Below are positions 43,409 through 54,520 of a stretch of DNA of 64,000 nt, piece by piece. A program made the translations under genes and the position numbers. Source of the DNA: a virus; IMG/VR virus record IMGVR_UViG_3300028920_000034, positions 89,115 to 153,114 of that record. The stretch is one strand, 5' to 3'. Every line of letters begins with the position of its first letter. Within the stretch, counting starts at the first letter, position 1. The notes below the pieces were generated by a model. The model saw nothing but the letters and a program-made list of their open reading frames with translations. It was not told where the DNA came from and did no database searches.

Positions 43409-46157
43409 CGCTCCCACATCCTTCCTGTGGCCCGCTGGTAGGCTTCGCGCACCATGTCCGGCCACCAGGGTGGCCCCTTCATGTAGGTCTCCATGCAGTC
43501 CAGCGTCCGCTTGCACTCGGGGCACGCCCCGTTCGGCGGACCCTCCATCCAGCGCACCTGGCCGCAGAACCCACACCGGCGGTAGCCGTCCTTGCGCCCC
43601 GGCCACCACCGGCGAGGGATGTTGATCGTCACCCCGGGCAGCGGCCGGAGGTGGGTCACCTGTGGGCTCCACCAACGCGCCGGACGCCAGTTGTATCGAT
43701 CCAGCCCGTACACGTTCACGGAAACAGGCCCGATGTTCACGGATAGCAGGTTCTTGTTCACAGCTTCCCTCCGCTTGGTGGCAGCCCGAAGGGGTTGTCT
43801 TCGATGGCCAGGTGCCACCACTTGAAGTCCTCCGCCTTCACCGGCCACCATCGGCCGCACTCGCACTCCCAGCCGATGCGATCCACGTCCCTGTTCTTGC
43901 TCAAGCTGTAGACCGGCTTTGCTCCCTCTCGCCCACAGTCCCAGCACACCCCGCCGATCTGTAGCGTCTTGTGAACACCTCGCTTGGCCATCACGGCCTC
44001 CCTTCGGGCCACGGTGGCCCACCCTGGCAGTACGGGTCCACGTCGCCCCAGTCCTCCACAGGGGGGCATCCGCACTCGAAGACGTGAGCATCGTGGATCC
44101 GGCACCAGTAGTCCTCGCAGTTGTCGCATGGGATCCACGCCGGGTAGCACTGGCCCTCCGCTGTGGTCTCTGGTCTCACGCCTTGCCCTCCACCGCCAGC
44201 ATCACCCTGGCCACCGGCCGCTGGCACTTCGGGCAGACCGGCTCCTCCTGGTAGCTGTCGCCCAGGAACCCTTGCTCGCACACCTCGCACTCGAGCTCCC
44301 TGGGTTCACCCTGGGCGTATGGATGGCCAGGCGGGGGCGGATGCAAGTCCTGAACCCCGGCGATGCCCACCGCGTTGCCGTAGTAGTCCGTGGCCAGCCA
44401 CACCACGCTCCTCGAGGATTCGGCGCCGGCCACTAGGCCCTCCGCCGGTGTCCCCTTGAACGCATCCGGGTGGAACGGGTCCCGGGCAAGCTCCCAGTGG
44501 TCTGGCGCGGAAAGGACCCAGAACATGCTCGGCGGATAGGCCACCAGGAGCTCCTCTGGCGAGCTGTAGCTGTCCTCCCTGCCCGTCGCCGTCACCACCT
44601 CCACCTTGCCTTCCAGGATCTCCCCGCGCGCCACCTCGCGGCCGTTCCAGCCCTCTGTGATGGTGATCAGCATCCGTCGCCTCGCTTCCCTGGAGTGAAC
44701 ACGTCCTGCCTCCCTCGCTCCATGTGAGCCACCAGGTCCACGCCCCAGACCCTCTGCGCCACGTCCACCCAGTTGCCGAGCCCAACGGCGCGCCCTGGAT
44801 TCTCTTCGTGCCACGCTTGAGCCCGCTTCGTGGCCTCCGCGGCAATCTCCTGGGCCGCGCTGAATGGCATCCCGATGAGGGGTGAACTCAGGTCCCCGCT
44901 GGCGAACCTGGTGTTGGCTTTGCCCACCATTTTCAGCACGCCGGCACAAGTCTCGCACACGGGCGCGCCCGCCCACGCGGCGCCGTCCCACCTGGTGTCC
45001 AGGCCATCGTCTCCGCACTGTGAGCACTTCATCGCTTTCGCTCCACCAGCTCCACCGTGGCCATGGCGTCCAACATCCGGCCAATGGCCATCACGTTCTT
45101 GTCGGTGAACCGGACGCGCATCGTCACGTCCATGGACTCCACCGCGCCATCGTGGTCGAATCTCCGTTCCACGTTGTGGATAAACCCCACCGCCCCACGC
45201 TGTCCCGCGCGCACCGAAGGCGGCTCCTTCCCCTCGAGCCGCGCCAGCGCCGCATCGAACAGCGCCTGGTCATCGATCACGTACTCAGCACACATCGTAC
45301 TCGCTCCTGTGATTGCCGCCGCCCCGGTCATACTGGAGAGCCGCTCGCAGAACAAAGCGCACGTCCTTGGGCAGTAGCATCGGCTGTCGGCACCCGTCTG
45401 GCTCCCAGGGGTGGCCCATCGCCCCGCACGCACCGTAGGGCACCACGGTCCGCTTGCGGAGGATCACCTTCACACGCCCGCGCTCGTCCAGCCAGCTCGG
45501 GGGGATCCCCCTGGTGGACGGAACGCGCCGCTTCTTGTTCCCGCAGAACCAGCACCTCACGGTGCGCCGCTTGGGTTTCAATTCCATCGCTCCTTGTCTG
45601 GCTCCGGTGGTGGCTCCGAGATCACATCGTACCGGTTCACGGACCCCTCGCGGAGCACCTGGTAGGCACACTTCTCGGCACGCTCCAGGTAGTCCTTGAC
45701 CGCCTCTGCCCGGCGCCGCTCCGCCACGGACCACACCCACAGGCCAGCTACCACCGCAGCGAGCACCAAGATCAGCACCGCCGCGACGATCATGGCATTG
45801 GCTCCACGGCGTCCCTGGGCACCTCGAGCTGGATCGTGATCGTGCGCCCGCGCCCGGGCCGCTTTCGCATGAACGGGGAGCCGTCCTCCGGTGGCCCTTC
45901 CACCACCTCGGTTTCGACCTTCACCTCGGTGATCTCAGCGCCTCCCTTGAGGTAGGCGTCCAAGGTCCCAACCACGTCATCGCGCCGCTCCTGGGTGGTC
46001 ATCTTCCGCATGGACATTTTCATCTGCACCGCTTCACCTCCTCCGCCATGGTGAGAGCCAGAGCCACGGGGAACAGCGCCACGGCTAGACCGAACCAGAG
46101 CCCCGCCTTGGCCACGTGACCGGCCGCCTTGAGCCAGTCCATGGATTCAGCCGTCAT
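43405..46157 (-). other. Run of about 10 small hypothetical genes, many with CxxC motifs or TM helices
   Basis: Overlapping ORFs 43405-43761, 43758-43991, 43991-44179, 44176-44673, 44667-45032, 45029-45295, 45285-45587, 45578-45793, 45790-46029. Confidence 0.5.
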
Positions 46158-46491
46158 GCTGTCCCTCATCGAAGGCGAACACCTGGTGCTCGCGCTCGCC
46201 ATCCTTCACCAGCACAGGGTTGATCCGCAGTAGTCCCCCTCCCGCGTAGTTGCATGGGGACTTGCCGCCGAACGCATCGTTGTCCATGTGGCCGTTCCAG
46301 CGCCCGATGCAGGAGAAGTAGGCCGTGCTGGGCTGCACGTCTACCCCATGATCATGGAGCTCCTTGAAGTCCTCCACGGACTGGACGTGGCCGCAGCTCG
46401 GGCAGACGAATCGCCACTTCATCTGGTCATCCCCGAACAGCTCGATGCCATGGGCTTCCCACTCTTCCTTTGTCATGATGATGCGCTTCAT
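46147..46491 (-). CDS. VVA0879-like protein
   Basis: EW...G.ELFG.D...W.FVCPSCGHVQS..DF...SCIGR...CNY..GGL. Confidence 0.65.
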   Translation of the reverse strand: MKRIIMTKEEWEAHGIELFGDDQMKWRFVCPSCGHVQSVEDFKELHDHGVDVQPSTAYFSCIGRWNGHMDNDAFGGKSPCNYAGGGLLRINPVLVKDGEREHQVFAFDEGQHDG

Positions 46492-47084
46492 AGCGTGATG
46501 ATCCGCTTGGGTTCATCGTCCTCTGGCGCTCCCTGGCCGCTGCACCGCGGACAGATGAAAGTCTGCACCGGGCTTGCGAGCACCAGGAGCACACCCTTGA
46601 GGGCCTTGATCTGCTCCTCGGACTCTAGGGCCACCACCTGGTTCTCCTGGTTCACGCCCACGGGCTGAATCTGGATCGGCACCCCGAGGGTAGCCTTGCA
46701 GTGGGGGCACGCTGCCGTGATGGTGGGCACCATGTGGCCTACGGGCACCTCCCAGGGGTTCTCCACGTCCGCGTTCGGGTCTCTCTCTTCGCTCATCGTG
46801 TCATCCTCCAATCATCGAAGAAACCATCAGTAGGATCCCGACCACCACGGCCAGGAGCACCGCGCCCACCAGGAGGCGCTTCCAGAATCCGGTCACCGCC
46901 GGGTCACTCATGGGGCTTGCCCTCCTCAATCATCCGGATCACCCGCGCCAGCCGAGCCACTGCCCGGTCGAAAGCCATGGGCTCCGCCAGCCGCTCGCGG
47001 TCCACCTGGAGCCCCCACGCCTTGAGGGCCCGCGGAATGCTCTCCTTGAGCCGCTCCTCACGCTCCTGGGCTGTTGGCATCCGC

Positions 47085-47507
47085 TCAACTCGCATCAGGA
47101 AACACCTTGTGGACAAGCGGGAAAATGAACTTGGTGTACTTCTCCACGTCGTCTGGATCGATACCTTTGCGAGCATGATCCTTGACCGATTCCTTGAGCC
47201 TCCTGGATTCAAGCTCAAATAGCCTGGCCAAGATAAGCGCCCTGTCGTCCACTCCCTCCACCATCCATGCCCACTTTTTCAGCGTATTCTCGGGCGATCC
47301 ATAGTTGTCTCTGCATACCTCACAGTCGGGATCATTGCAGATCGGGAGCAAGCTCATGTGAAGATCCGACAACGCACAGCACGCATCGCAGTCTTCGTTG
47401 CCAACCTCTATCCCGTCTTCCACGTAACAGGTGTGCTTGAGCCTGGCTTCAATGCCGCGCCTGATCTCAGCAAACCTGACTTCATCGTAGCTGCTCGGGT
47501 GACTCAT
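47085..47507 (-). CDS. Cys-rich protein fused to a paralog of the MCP N-terminus (residues ~23-88)
   Basis: KKWAWMVEGVD..LARLFE...YTKFIFPLVHKVF vs MCP QKWAWLLDGID..LARLFE...YVKFIFPLVRRVW. Confidence 0.85.
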   Translation of the reverse strand: MSHPSSYDEVRFAEIRRGIEARLKHTCYVEDGIEVGNEDCDACCALSDLHMSLLPICNDPDCEVCRDNYGSPENTLKKWAWMVEGVDDRALILARLFELESRRLKESVKDHARKGIDPDDVEKYTKFIFPLVHKVFPDAS

Positions 47508-48683
47508 CTCTCTGCTCCCGCTGGCACCAGGTTCCCCTGAAAGCCGCAGTCATGGCACTTGGCCGTGTCCGACACGTAGGGCTTGCGCCAGATCACCTTT
47601 CCGCACCTGGGGCACTTCATCTTGCGCCACGGCTTCCTCGGTGGAGCGTAGCGTCTAGGTGCCTTCGGGGGCTTACGTTTCGTCGCCATCGTCCTTGTCC
47701 TTGCCGCCGTCCAGGCACCGCAGCTCCAGGGTGGCCTTCGGCACTGGCCACGCGCCTATGTGTTCAGAGGTGCCTACCCCGAACCCGGGAATCTCCGCCC
47801 TGGTCATCGGGTCCATCTCGTACCGGTCGCACCGCCGGCAATACCAGCCGTCCTCATGGACGTTCAGGGTCTCCTCGAGTAGATCGTGGCACACCCGGCA
47901 CACCGGGATCGTGGAGCCGATCATCATGTCGATGTTGGCCGCCACCGAACCGTCCGGCTGCCCCTCGCCCACCACCACAGACCCACCTGGCCGGCGAGCT
48001 CGAGGGGGCACGTCCGCCGGGGAGCCCTCCGCCAGCACCAGCGCCCACCACCCGCGGAGCTCGTCTTCGTTCCCAGTGGGGTAGTCCGCCCGATGGCACT
48101 GGCACCGGAACGCAGGCACCAGCGCCCGCTGGAACCCGAGGAGCCCTTCCGCCACCACCGGCTTCATCCGCTCGCCGCACCTGGGGCACTCGAGGATCAC
48201 CATGGCCACGGCCCTCCCTCGCGGATCGCGCGCTCCCAGGCCCTCCGGTTGCGCCGGTACTCCAGCTCGTTTCTCACCACCTCACCGATCCTTGAGAACG
48301 CCCTGTAGAGCATCATGATCGCCTCGAGAATGAACACCTCGAGGAGCTTGCGTAGCGCAACCCAGCTCACGTCACCCTCCAGATAGCCCGTGGCGCGGCC
48401 GGCACGCCCAGATAGCCGGCCTGGCGTCCACCGGGCCTCGCCCGCGGCGCAACGGCTCCACGTGCGGAGCCAGGGGCACCAAGTCCCACACGGGTGGCCG
48501 TGGTGGCGGTAGACATGGCTCTGGGTCTGGCACCGAGGAGCCGCTCGAGCTCACGTGGAACACCACCGTTCGGTCGCTGGTGGCGTTGGGCGGATCTCCC
48601 GCCCACGTGTAGCTCACCATCTGGTAGCCGTTGGGGCACGTGGGGCTCGAGTCCACGGTCCGGCTGGGGGGTAGAGCTGCCAT
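47504..48683 (-). other. Small hypothetical genes (47504-47689, 47673-48209 Zn-ribbon, 48372-48683)
   Basis: ORF packing; CxxC motifs. Confidence 0.5.
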
Positions 48684-49321
48684 CAGACGTAGAACACCGC
48701 GCCCCGTCGAGACGCGCCTTTGTCCGGGCGATAGTGGGCCACAGTGGCGCCGAAGATCGGCCCGCGGTATCCGGCCTGGTGGAGCACCTCCGCCGCAGCT
48801 CGCAGCGTGGCGCCGCTGGTGAACACGTCGTCAACGATCAGCACTCCCGCCGCCTCCGGCACTCCCTTCACGGCCATGGTCCTCACGTGCTCCTGGTAAC
48901 CCGTCCCGGCATTCACGCCCCCGGCCCGGCGCCGCATCCGACTGGACTGCACGGCCACGGCACGCTCCACCAGGTCCACCGCGCGCTTGCCCGCGCCCGC
49001 GCGCACAAGCGCGTTGGCCAACACCATGTTGCTCGGGCGCCCGGACGCGCTTCGTGGAGCTGCCGTCACCACGCCCTTGAAGCCCTTGAGCCCAGGGTGC
49101 CGAGCGAGGGCCTCCGCCCCGGCGCGGATCGCCGCCTGGTCCCCGGCCTTGAGCCGTTCGATCAAGTCTTGGGTGGCATCCGTCTCCGGCGATGCGCCCC
49201 GGTGCTTTGTCCGGCTCAGGTACAGCATGGCGGAGTACACCGGGAACCGACCCATGCCCTTCCCGGACAGTGACTTCCGAAGCTCCTCGAGGAGCACCTG
49301 TAGGCGTGCTGTCATGGTCAT
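48683..49321 (-). CDS. Type I phosphoribosyltransferase-fold protein (ComF-like)
   Basis: VLIVDDVFTSGATL PRPP-binding loop. Confidence 0.8.
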   Translation of the reverse strand: MTMTARLQVLLEELRKSLSGKGMGRFPVYSAMLYLSRTKHRGASPETDATQDLIERLKAGDQAAIRAGAEALARHPGLKGFKGVVTAAPRSASGRPSNMVLANALVRAGAGKRAVDLVERAVAVQSSRMRRRAGGVNAGTGYQEHVRTMAVKGVPEAAGVLIVDDVFTSGATLRAAAEVLHQAGYRGPIFGATVAHYRPDKGASRRGAVFYV

Positions 49322-49347
49322 GGGCAAATCCTACCATCCGAGCCATC

Positions 49348-50649
49348 CTAGTCACCACCCATCTCCTCGAGCGCAAGGTCTGCAAATAGGGGACCGAATA
49401 CACCGGCGATCCGACGCCTGGCAGTATCCGCCCACTTCGGATCCAGCTCCACACCCACGAAGCGCCTGGACAAAGCCACCGCCGCCGCACCAGTAGTCCC
49501 CGAGCCACAATACGGGTCCAGCACCACGTCTCCCTTCCTGGAGCCGATGGTGATCAGGTACTGCATGAGCTTGGTAGGCTTGACAGTCGGGTGCTGATTG
49601 TCACCCACGCCCCGGTTCTTCTCCCGCTTGGACGGCTTGGGCACCAGGAGCCATGGAAACGTCCGGCGCACCCTCTCCGGGAGCTCGGCCATGGCCTTGG
49701 CGTGCCATGCGTCCAAGTCGAAGTAGCGAGACGCCGAACCGGCGTCTCTTGCATACTCACGCTGCATCTTCCCAGCCTTCCCATAGATGTTTCCATCGTT
49801 AAACCCATGGTAGCTGCCGCTCATTTTTCCGCTCTTGCAAATCCTCCCATCATCCAACGCATCGTCCTCTACCAGCACGTTGGCGGGGAAGCGGCCACCG
49901 CCGGGGCAACTACTTCCGTGGTCCACGTCCTGAAATCCGCCGCCGTGGTAAATGTTGCCGTCACCTATTTCGCGCCTATGTGTCCAGTGACTCCCTTTGG
50001 TACTGCCGGTAATCGGTATCCGCCCATCGTCCAGCCACGTACACCCCTTCCCATTGTTGAGCGCCTGGTCGAGATAGGTCTTTTGCGCCAGCGGCTTCAT
50101 GACCACGATCACCGGCTCGACCGCAGGCTTGGGCTGGAAGCCTCCATAGGCACCGTCCAATGCCTTCGCCTCTGGTGTCGATGGCTCCGTTACATTCGGA
50201 GACATTGAAGCACTGTTCCATCGAGCATGATGCTCCGCGTTCTTCCCAGGGTCACGAAAGTTTGGGTTCCTTCCAACAACCTCCCTTTCCGCCCCCGCTC
50301 GCTTGTCGGCTGCCTTGCTAAGGTTCTGCGCCTTTGGAAACCCGCTGGCGTACACCCAGTAGATCGACGTGAACCCAGCCTCGAAACCTGCCTCACCAAG
50401 CCGAACGATCATCTGGGCCATGCAGTCCTGGCGCGGGGTGCAAAGGATGAAACCGAACGCCCCTGGCTTCATCACCCGGAGGCACTCGCGCCATGCGTCC
50501 ACCGGAGGCACCGCGCGGTCCCAGTCGCGGTTCATGAACTTGAGACCGTATGGGGGGTCGCAACACAGCACGTCCACGCACTCGTCCGGGAGCTCGGCCA
50601 GTCGCTCCTGGCAGTCCCCCGTGAGGATTGTCACCCTGTCCAGTTTCAT
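49348..50649 (-). CDS. DNA methyltransferase (N6A/N4C, beta class)
   Basis: DPPY near the N-terminus, HPTVKP..LM..L, VLDPYCGSGTTG near the C-terminus. Confidence 0.9.
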   Translation of the reverse strand: MKLDRVTILTGDCQERLAELPDECVDVLCCDPPYGLKFMNRDWDRAVPPVDAWRECLRVMKPGAFGFILCTPRQDCMAQMIVRLGEAGFEAGFTSIYWVYASGFPKAQNLSKAADKRAGAEREVVGRNPNFRDPGKNAEHHARWNSASMSPNVTEPSTPEAKALDGAYGGFQPKPAVEPVIVVMKPLAQKTYLDQALNNGKGCTWLDDGRIPITGSTKGSHWTHRREIGDGNIYHGGGFQDVDHGSSCPGGGRFPANVLVEDDALDDGRICKSGKMSGSYHGFNDGNIYGKAGKMQREYARDAGSASRYFDLDAWHAKAMAELPERVRRTFPWLLVPKPSKREKNRGVGDNQHPTVKPTKLMQYLITIGSRKGDVVLDPYCGSGTTGAAAVALSRRFVGVELDPKWADTARRRIAGVFGPLFADLALEEMGGD

Positions 50650-50930
50650 CGCCCGCGCTCTGCCTCCACCCGGGCCGCCCCGAGGAGCCCGTAGCCGGCA
50701 ATGTCCCGCCAGGGGGACTCGCCCAGGGCGTCCCTGTCCGTGGCGATCCGGAACAGCTTGTCCACCACCCGCGTCACCGCCAGGGCATCATCCATCTGGT
50801 CCGGGGCAATACCGTCCGGATACAGGGTACGCATCACCTGGCCGCTTCGCCCGAACGCATCGCCGTAGGCCGCCTGCTTCTCGGTGACCAGCCGGCCGAT
50901 CTCGCGGCCCAGTTTTTCAAAGTCTGCCAT
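50646..50930 (-). CDS. Nucleotide-modification-associated domain 1 (DUF1599-like) protein
   Basis: KQAAYGDAF...R.VDKLFRIA...ESPW.DIAGY. Confidence 0.6.
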   Translation of the reverse strand: MADFEKLGREIGRLVTEKQAAYGDAFGRSGQVMRTLYPDGIAPDQMDDALAVTRVVDKLFRIATDRDALGESPWRDIAGYGLLGAARVEAERGR

Positions 50931-50931
50931 C

Positions 50932-51004
50932 GGAGACCCTCTTGACTCTTATTCCCCTACAGAGGGAGATAAGGTTAATTAAGAAGAAGCAACAGCCGTG
51001 CCAA
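50932..51004 (-). repeat. ~70 bp intergenic element, copy D (ends 1 nt before the ATG of 50646..50930)
   Basis: Minus strand TTGGCACGGCTGTTGCTTCTTCTTAATTAACCTTATCTCCCTCTGTAGGGGAATAAGAGTCAAGAGGGTCTCC. Confidence 0.85.
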
Positions 51005-51496
51005 GTCAGTGCGCGCTGTCATAGGGCACGCTGTCATGGGCCGCCTGGTACGTCCGGCACCAGTCGAGCACCTCGTCTTCGGCCACCGGCCAGGAGACCC
51101 CACAGCAATTCCACCAGATGCTGCACCCCTCGAGGGCATCGTTCATGTCCTCGTTCCGGTCGCATGTGGCGCGAGCTCGCTGTGGAGCTCTCCCGCACCG
51201 CCAACAGGTCGCACTCATGTGCGAGTCACCTGGCCCCGGCCCGGCGAACATGCCGCTTGGGGGTCACGCTCCTGGGCCCATCGAAGAGACCGGCGAGCCA
51301 GAGCTGCGCCAGGTCGGGGTCCACCTCCCACTGGTGGCCGCACTCGGGGCAGAGCCACCTGGGCTGGGCACGGGTCACCATGCCGCTCACTTTGTTCACC
51401 CCGGCCGTGGTCATGGTGGCCATGGTCTGGATCTGCTCCCGGCACCGGGGGCACTCTTCGGGTACATGCTTCGCTACTGCCATCTGATTGCTCCTG

Positions 51497-52012
51497 TCAT
51501 TGACACCCTTGTGTCCTGGTCCACGCAAGGACCTTTTTCAAAGTCTTGCTCCACTGGTTTCCGGCGCCCTTGTCCCGCAGATAAATCTGCTCAATCTCGT
51601 CCATCGCTGCCCGGATCTCGCCCTTTGTTGGTATGGATTCATCCTTTGGTTTACTGGGCAAATCTCTCAGTTTGTCTGGATACGGAACATCGGTCACCTG
51701 CCAAGCCATTGCACTCTTTCCAGACGGATTTTTGGCACGGATCTTTGGGTGTGGCTCAACCAGTCCAGCCTTTTGCAGCGTTCGCCTCCGAGCTGTAATG
51801 CCGTTTGGATCAATGTCCAGGGCCTCACGGATCTGCACATCCGACTGAAGCGGGTTTTCCTTGATGTAATCGTAGACTCGCCGGCACTGGCTCTCCACCT
51901 TCGGCGCCACAGCTTTCGCAGATTCCTTAGATGTTTCAGATCCTACCTGATACGGCGCGCCGACGTACCCGTGAGCATCATCATCATCGTGATCATCGTG
52001 ACCATCGCTCAT
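51497..52012 (-). CDS. Winged-helix DNA-binding protein
   Basis: TS..SA..V.....Q..RV..YI......D..I...L.......ARR..L...GLV; locally lower GC. Confidence 0.6.
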   Translation of the reverse strand: MSDGHDDHDDDDAHGYVGAPYQVGSETSKESAKAVAPKVESQCRRVYDYIKENPLQSDVQIREALDIDPNGITARRRTLQKAGLVEPHPKIRAKNPSGKSAMAWQVTDVPYPDKLRDLPSKPKDESIPTKGEIRAAMDEIEQIYLRDKGAGNQWSKTLKKVLAWTRTQGCQ

Positions 52013-52016
52013 CGGT

Positions 52017-52613
52017 TCACTCCCACGTCATGTCCTCACCATCAGCCGCATCGGAGTCGAGCTCCTCGAGCTCGTTCAGGTAGGGCTGGCACGCCGCCAC
52101 CACGCGCTGGCACATGGCCACGCCCATCTGGCCAATGTGGCAATGGCGAGGGGAAAGGTTGAGCTGGTCCGCCAGCCAGGTGTAAGCGGACTTGCGATGC
52201 CCTGGGCGCCCCCACGGCGGGTCCGGGTGGTCCCGCCAGAGCGGATCGAAGGCAGCATGGGCCGCCATCTTCGCCTGGCGAAGCTCGCTGTCAGCGAGGC
52301 GCCCCAGAGCGTTCTTCGTGCCATCGTGGCACCCGACCCACGCCTTGCACTTCCAGCACACCCACATCCAGCCGTAGTTGCGGCCGGGGCCGTAAACCTT
52401 GCTGGACTTCACCAGCTCCGCGTCCTCGCCACAGTAGTCGCACTGGACCGGCCCGCGGATGTTGTCCTCGCGGATCACCCGGTCCGCATCCGCAGCCGTC
52501 TCAAGGTACAGCACGTTCCCGCGACTGAACCCAGGCCCCATCCGCTCATCGCCCTCCCGGATCGTGAGCGGATCGGCCATGGCCTCGAAGCTGTGATCGT
52601 GAGAGTCACCCAT
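52017..52613 (-). CDS. DUF3268-like zinc-finger protein
   Basis: CDYCG..AEL...VYG...W.C..C.AWVGCH.GT..ALGRLA..LR.AK..AH..FDPLW...AY.WLA..L.....CHIG. Confidence 0.8.
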   Translation of the reverse strand: MGDSHDHSFEAMADPLTIREGDERMGPGFSRGNVLYLETAADADRVIREDNIRGPVQCDYCGEDAELVKSSKVYGPGRNYGWMWVCWKCKAWVGCHDGTKNALGRLADSELRQAKMAAHAAFDPLWRDHPDPPWGRPGHRKSAYTWLADQLNLSPRHCHIGQMGVAMCQRVVAACQPYLNELEELDSDAADGEDMTWE

Positions 52614-52824
52614 CACTCGCCTCCATCCCCTGGTGTGAGCCACTTCGGCACCTTCGTGGGGTCCTCGCCGTAGTCGAGAATATCGTACAGGGCGTCGATG
52701 TTGCGCCCGTGGACGCGGGGCTTGTTGTAGCGATGCAAGATCCTGGCGTAGGCCAGGATGGCATCCCGCATCCGGTTGGAGCTCTCCGGGAGCTCCTGGC
52801 ACTTGCTACAGCCCCGGTACTTCA

Positions 52825-53706
52825 TCACTGCACCCGGAACCCCTTGGTGGGGGAGCGGGGATCCCAGCTCTGCGGAATCTGGAACCCGGTCCCGAACGTG
52901 GTGCCGCCCCAGCCGTTGGAGTCACCAGGGATCGCCCCGGACTTCTCCATCCAAGGCACGGCGATCTTCTGCCACGCCTCCCAGCCCGGATCGCACTCGC
53001 GCTGGTCCGACGCCTGGCGATGCGCGTAGATGTACTTGAACGGCCGGTCGTTGTCCTTGAAGCCGTCCAGGATGAGGTTGAGAAGCACCCCGGCCGCCTT
53101 GATCTGCTCAGGGGTGATCGGGTCGGGCCCACCGCCTGGCTTCCACCAGTAGCCCGGGTAGCCTTCGGGATTGCCGTCCAGCTCGATCCCCAAGGTCCAC
53201 AGGCTCGGCCGATGGCCGTGCCAGATATGAAGATCCCACGGGTGGCACAGGACGATCCGACCCCCCAGGGTGACGTGCATGTGGGCGTTCACCTTGAAGT
53301 AGCGTTCCGGGTTCTCCCCGAGCCGACACGCGGTCCGGTGGAGCACCACCCCGGTGAGCTCGGGCCACCGGTGGCCCTTGTCCGGCACCCCGTTCTTCGG
53401 CGGGGCAAGCTGGCCGCGGTAATCGAACACCTCCACCCCATCGATCACCGTCATGGGCTCGCTGGGCTTCTGGTCCTCTGGAGTGTCCAGTCTCGCGTGC
53501 ATCGCCTCCATGGTCTTCGGGCCCACGATCCCGTCATCGGTCACACCAAGGTCCGACTGAGCCTTCCTGGTGGCCTCGTCCGTCTCGTCCCCGAAGCCGC
53601 CATCCGCGCCCCACTTGGGGAGCTTATAGCCCGCGTCCAGGAGTAACTCCTGCCACCGCCGCACACCTGGCCCACGGTCTCCCTTCAAGATCCATTGGTT
53701 GCTCAT
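52825..53706 (-). CDS. Endolysin: peptidoglycan-binding domain + N-acetylmuramoyl-L-alanine amidase
   Basis: GDRGPGV..WQ..L..ADG.FG..T...DGIVGPKT; VLHRT, AH, WHG, GIE, AHRQ, DPG. Confidence 0.85.
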   Translation of the reverse strand: MSNQWILKGDRGPGVRRWQELLLDAGYKLPKWGADGGFGDETDEATRKAQSDLGVTDDGIVGPKTMEAMHARLDTPEDQKPSEPMTVIDGVEVFDYRGQLAPPKNGVPDKGHRWPELTGVVLHRTACRLGENPERYFKVNAHMHVTLGGRIVLCHPWDLHIWHGHRPSLWTLGIELDGNPEGYPGYWWKPGGGPDPITPEQIKAAGVLLNLILDGFKDNDRPFKYIYAHRQASDQRECDPGWEAWQKIAVPWMEKSGAIPGDSNGWGGTTFGTGFQIPQSWDPRSPTKGFRVQ

Positions 53707-53740
53707 CGGTCTATCCCTTCCCGGCCGCACTGGCCGTTAG

Positions 53741-54520
53741 TCAGTCTGCTCTGCGTTCCCAGGCAACCGCGCCGCAGTCGCACGCCATCCGCTCGCACCC
53801 TGGCTGAATCCACAGCCGCTTGCCGCACTCTCGGCACGTGTGCTCATTGAACACGATGTGGACAGGCTTCCGCTCCTCCGGCTCAGGTTCCTCTTGGAAC
53901 CTTGCACGCTGGCGAGCACGCGCCCGGCGCTGCACATCTCTCCATAGCTCCTCGCTGTTCATCGCGTGCCAAGCGCCATGCGGAGCACCTTTTCCATGGC
54001 GTCCTTATGGCCCTCCAGGTAACCCTGGTGCTCCTTGTCCAGGAGCGCCTGTGCGCGCTCCTTGCGGACCATCTTCTCGTGAATATCTCGAAGGCGCTGG
54101 TCCTTTTTCTCACTCTCCGCGCGGAGAGCGTTGTACTCGGTTCTGAGACTGCGGAGCTCCTTGTCCAAGCTGATCACTTGGATCCGCAAGTCTTCATACT
54201 CCTGTGCGATCAGCTCACGGCTGTGAAGCGCCCACGCGAGCTGCCTTGACACGCCAGCCTTCGTGCCCGGTTCATCCGGAGGAGCCTCAAGTGAGATTAC
54301 TTTCGGTTTGTTCATCATCGGCCTCATCCTGGCCCGCCAGTTGGGCCTCCAATCGTTTGTTCTCTTCCACCAACAGGTCCACGTATCGCTCGAGCTCACT
54401 CTCCCGCTGGCGGGGCCACCCGGCCCAGGCACACACAATGACAAAAATCGGCAACAGCACCGTCAGCATCACCATGGCGCCCAGCACCACGTAGACCCAC
54501 CATGGGATCGTGAAACCCAT
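53741..54520 (-). other. Small hypothetical genes (Zn ribbon 53741-53962, coiled coil 53959-54318, TM protein 54287-~54520)
   Basis: ORF packing. Confidence 0.5.
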
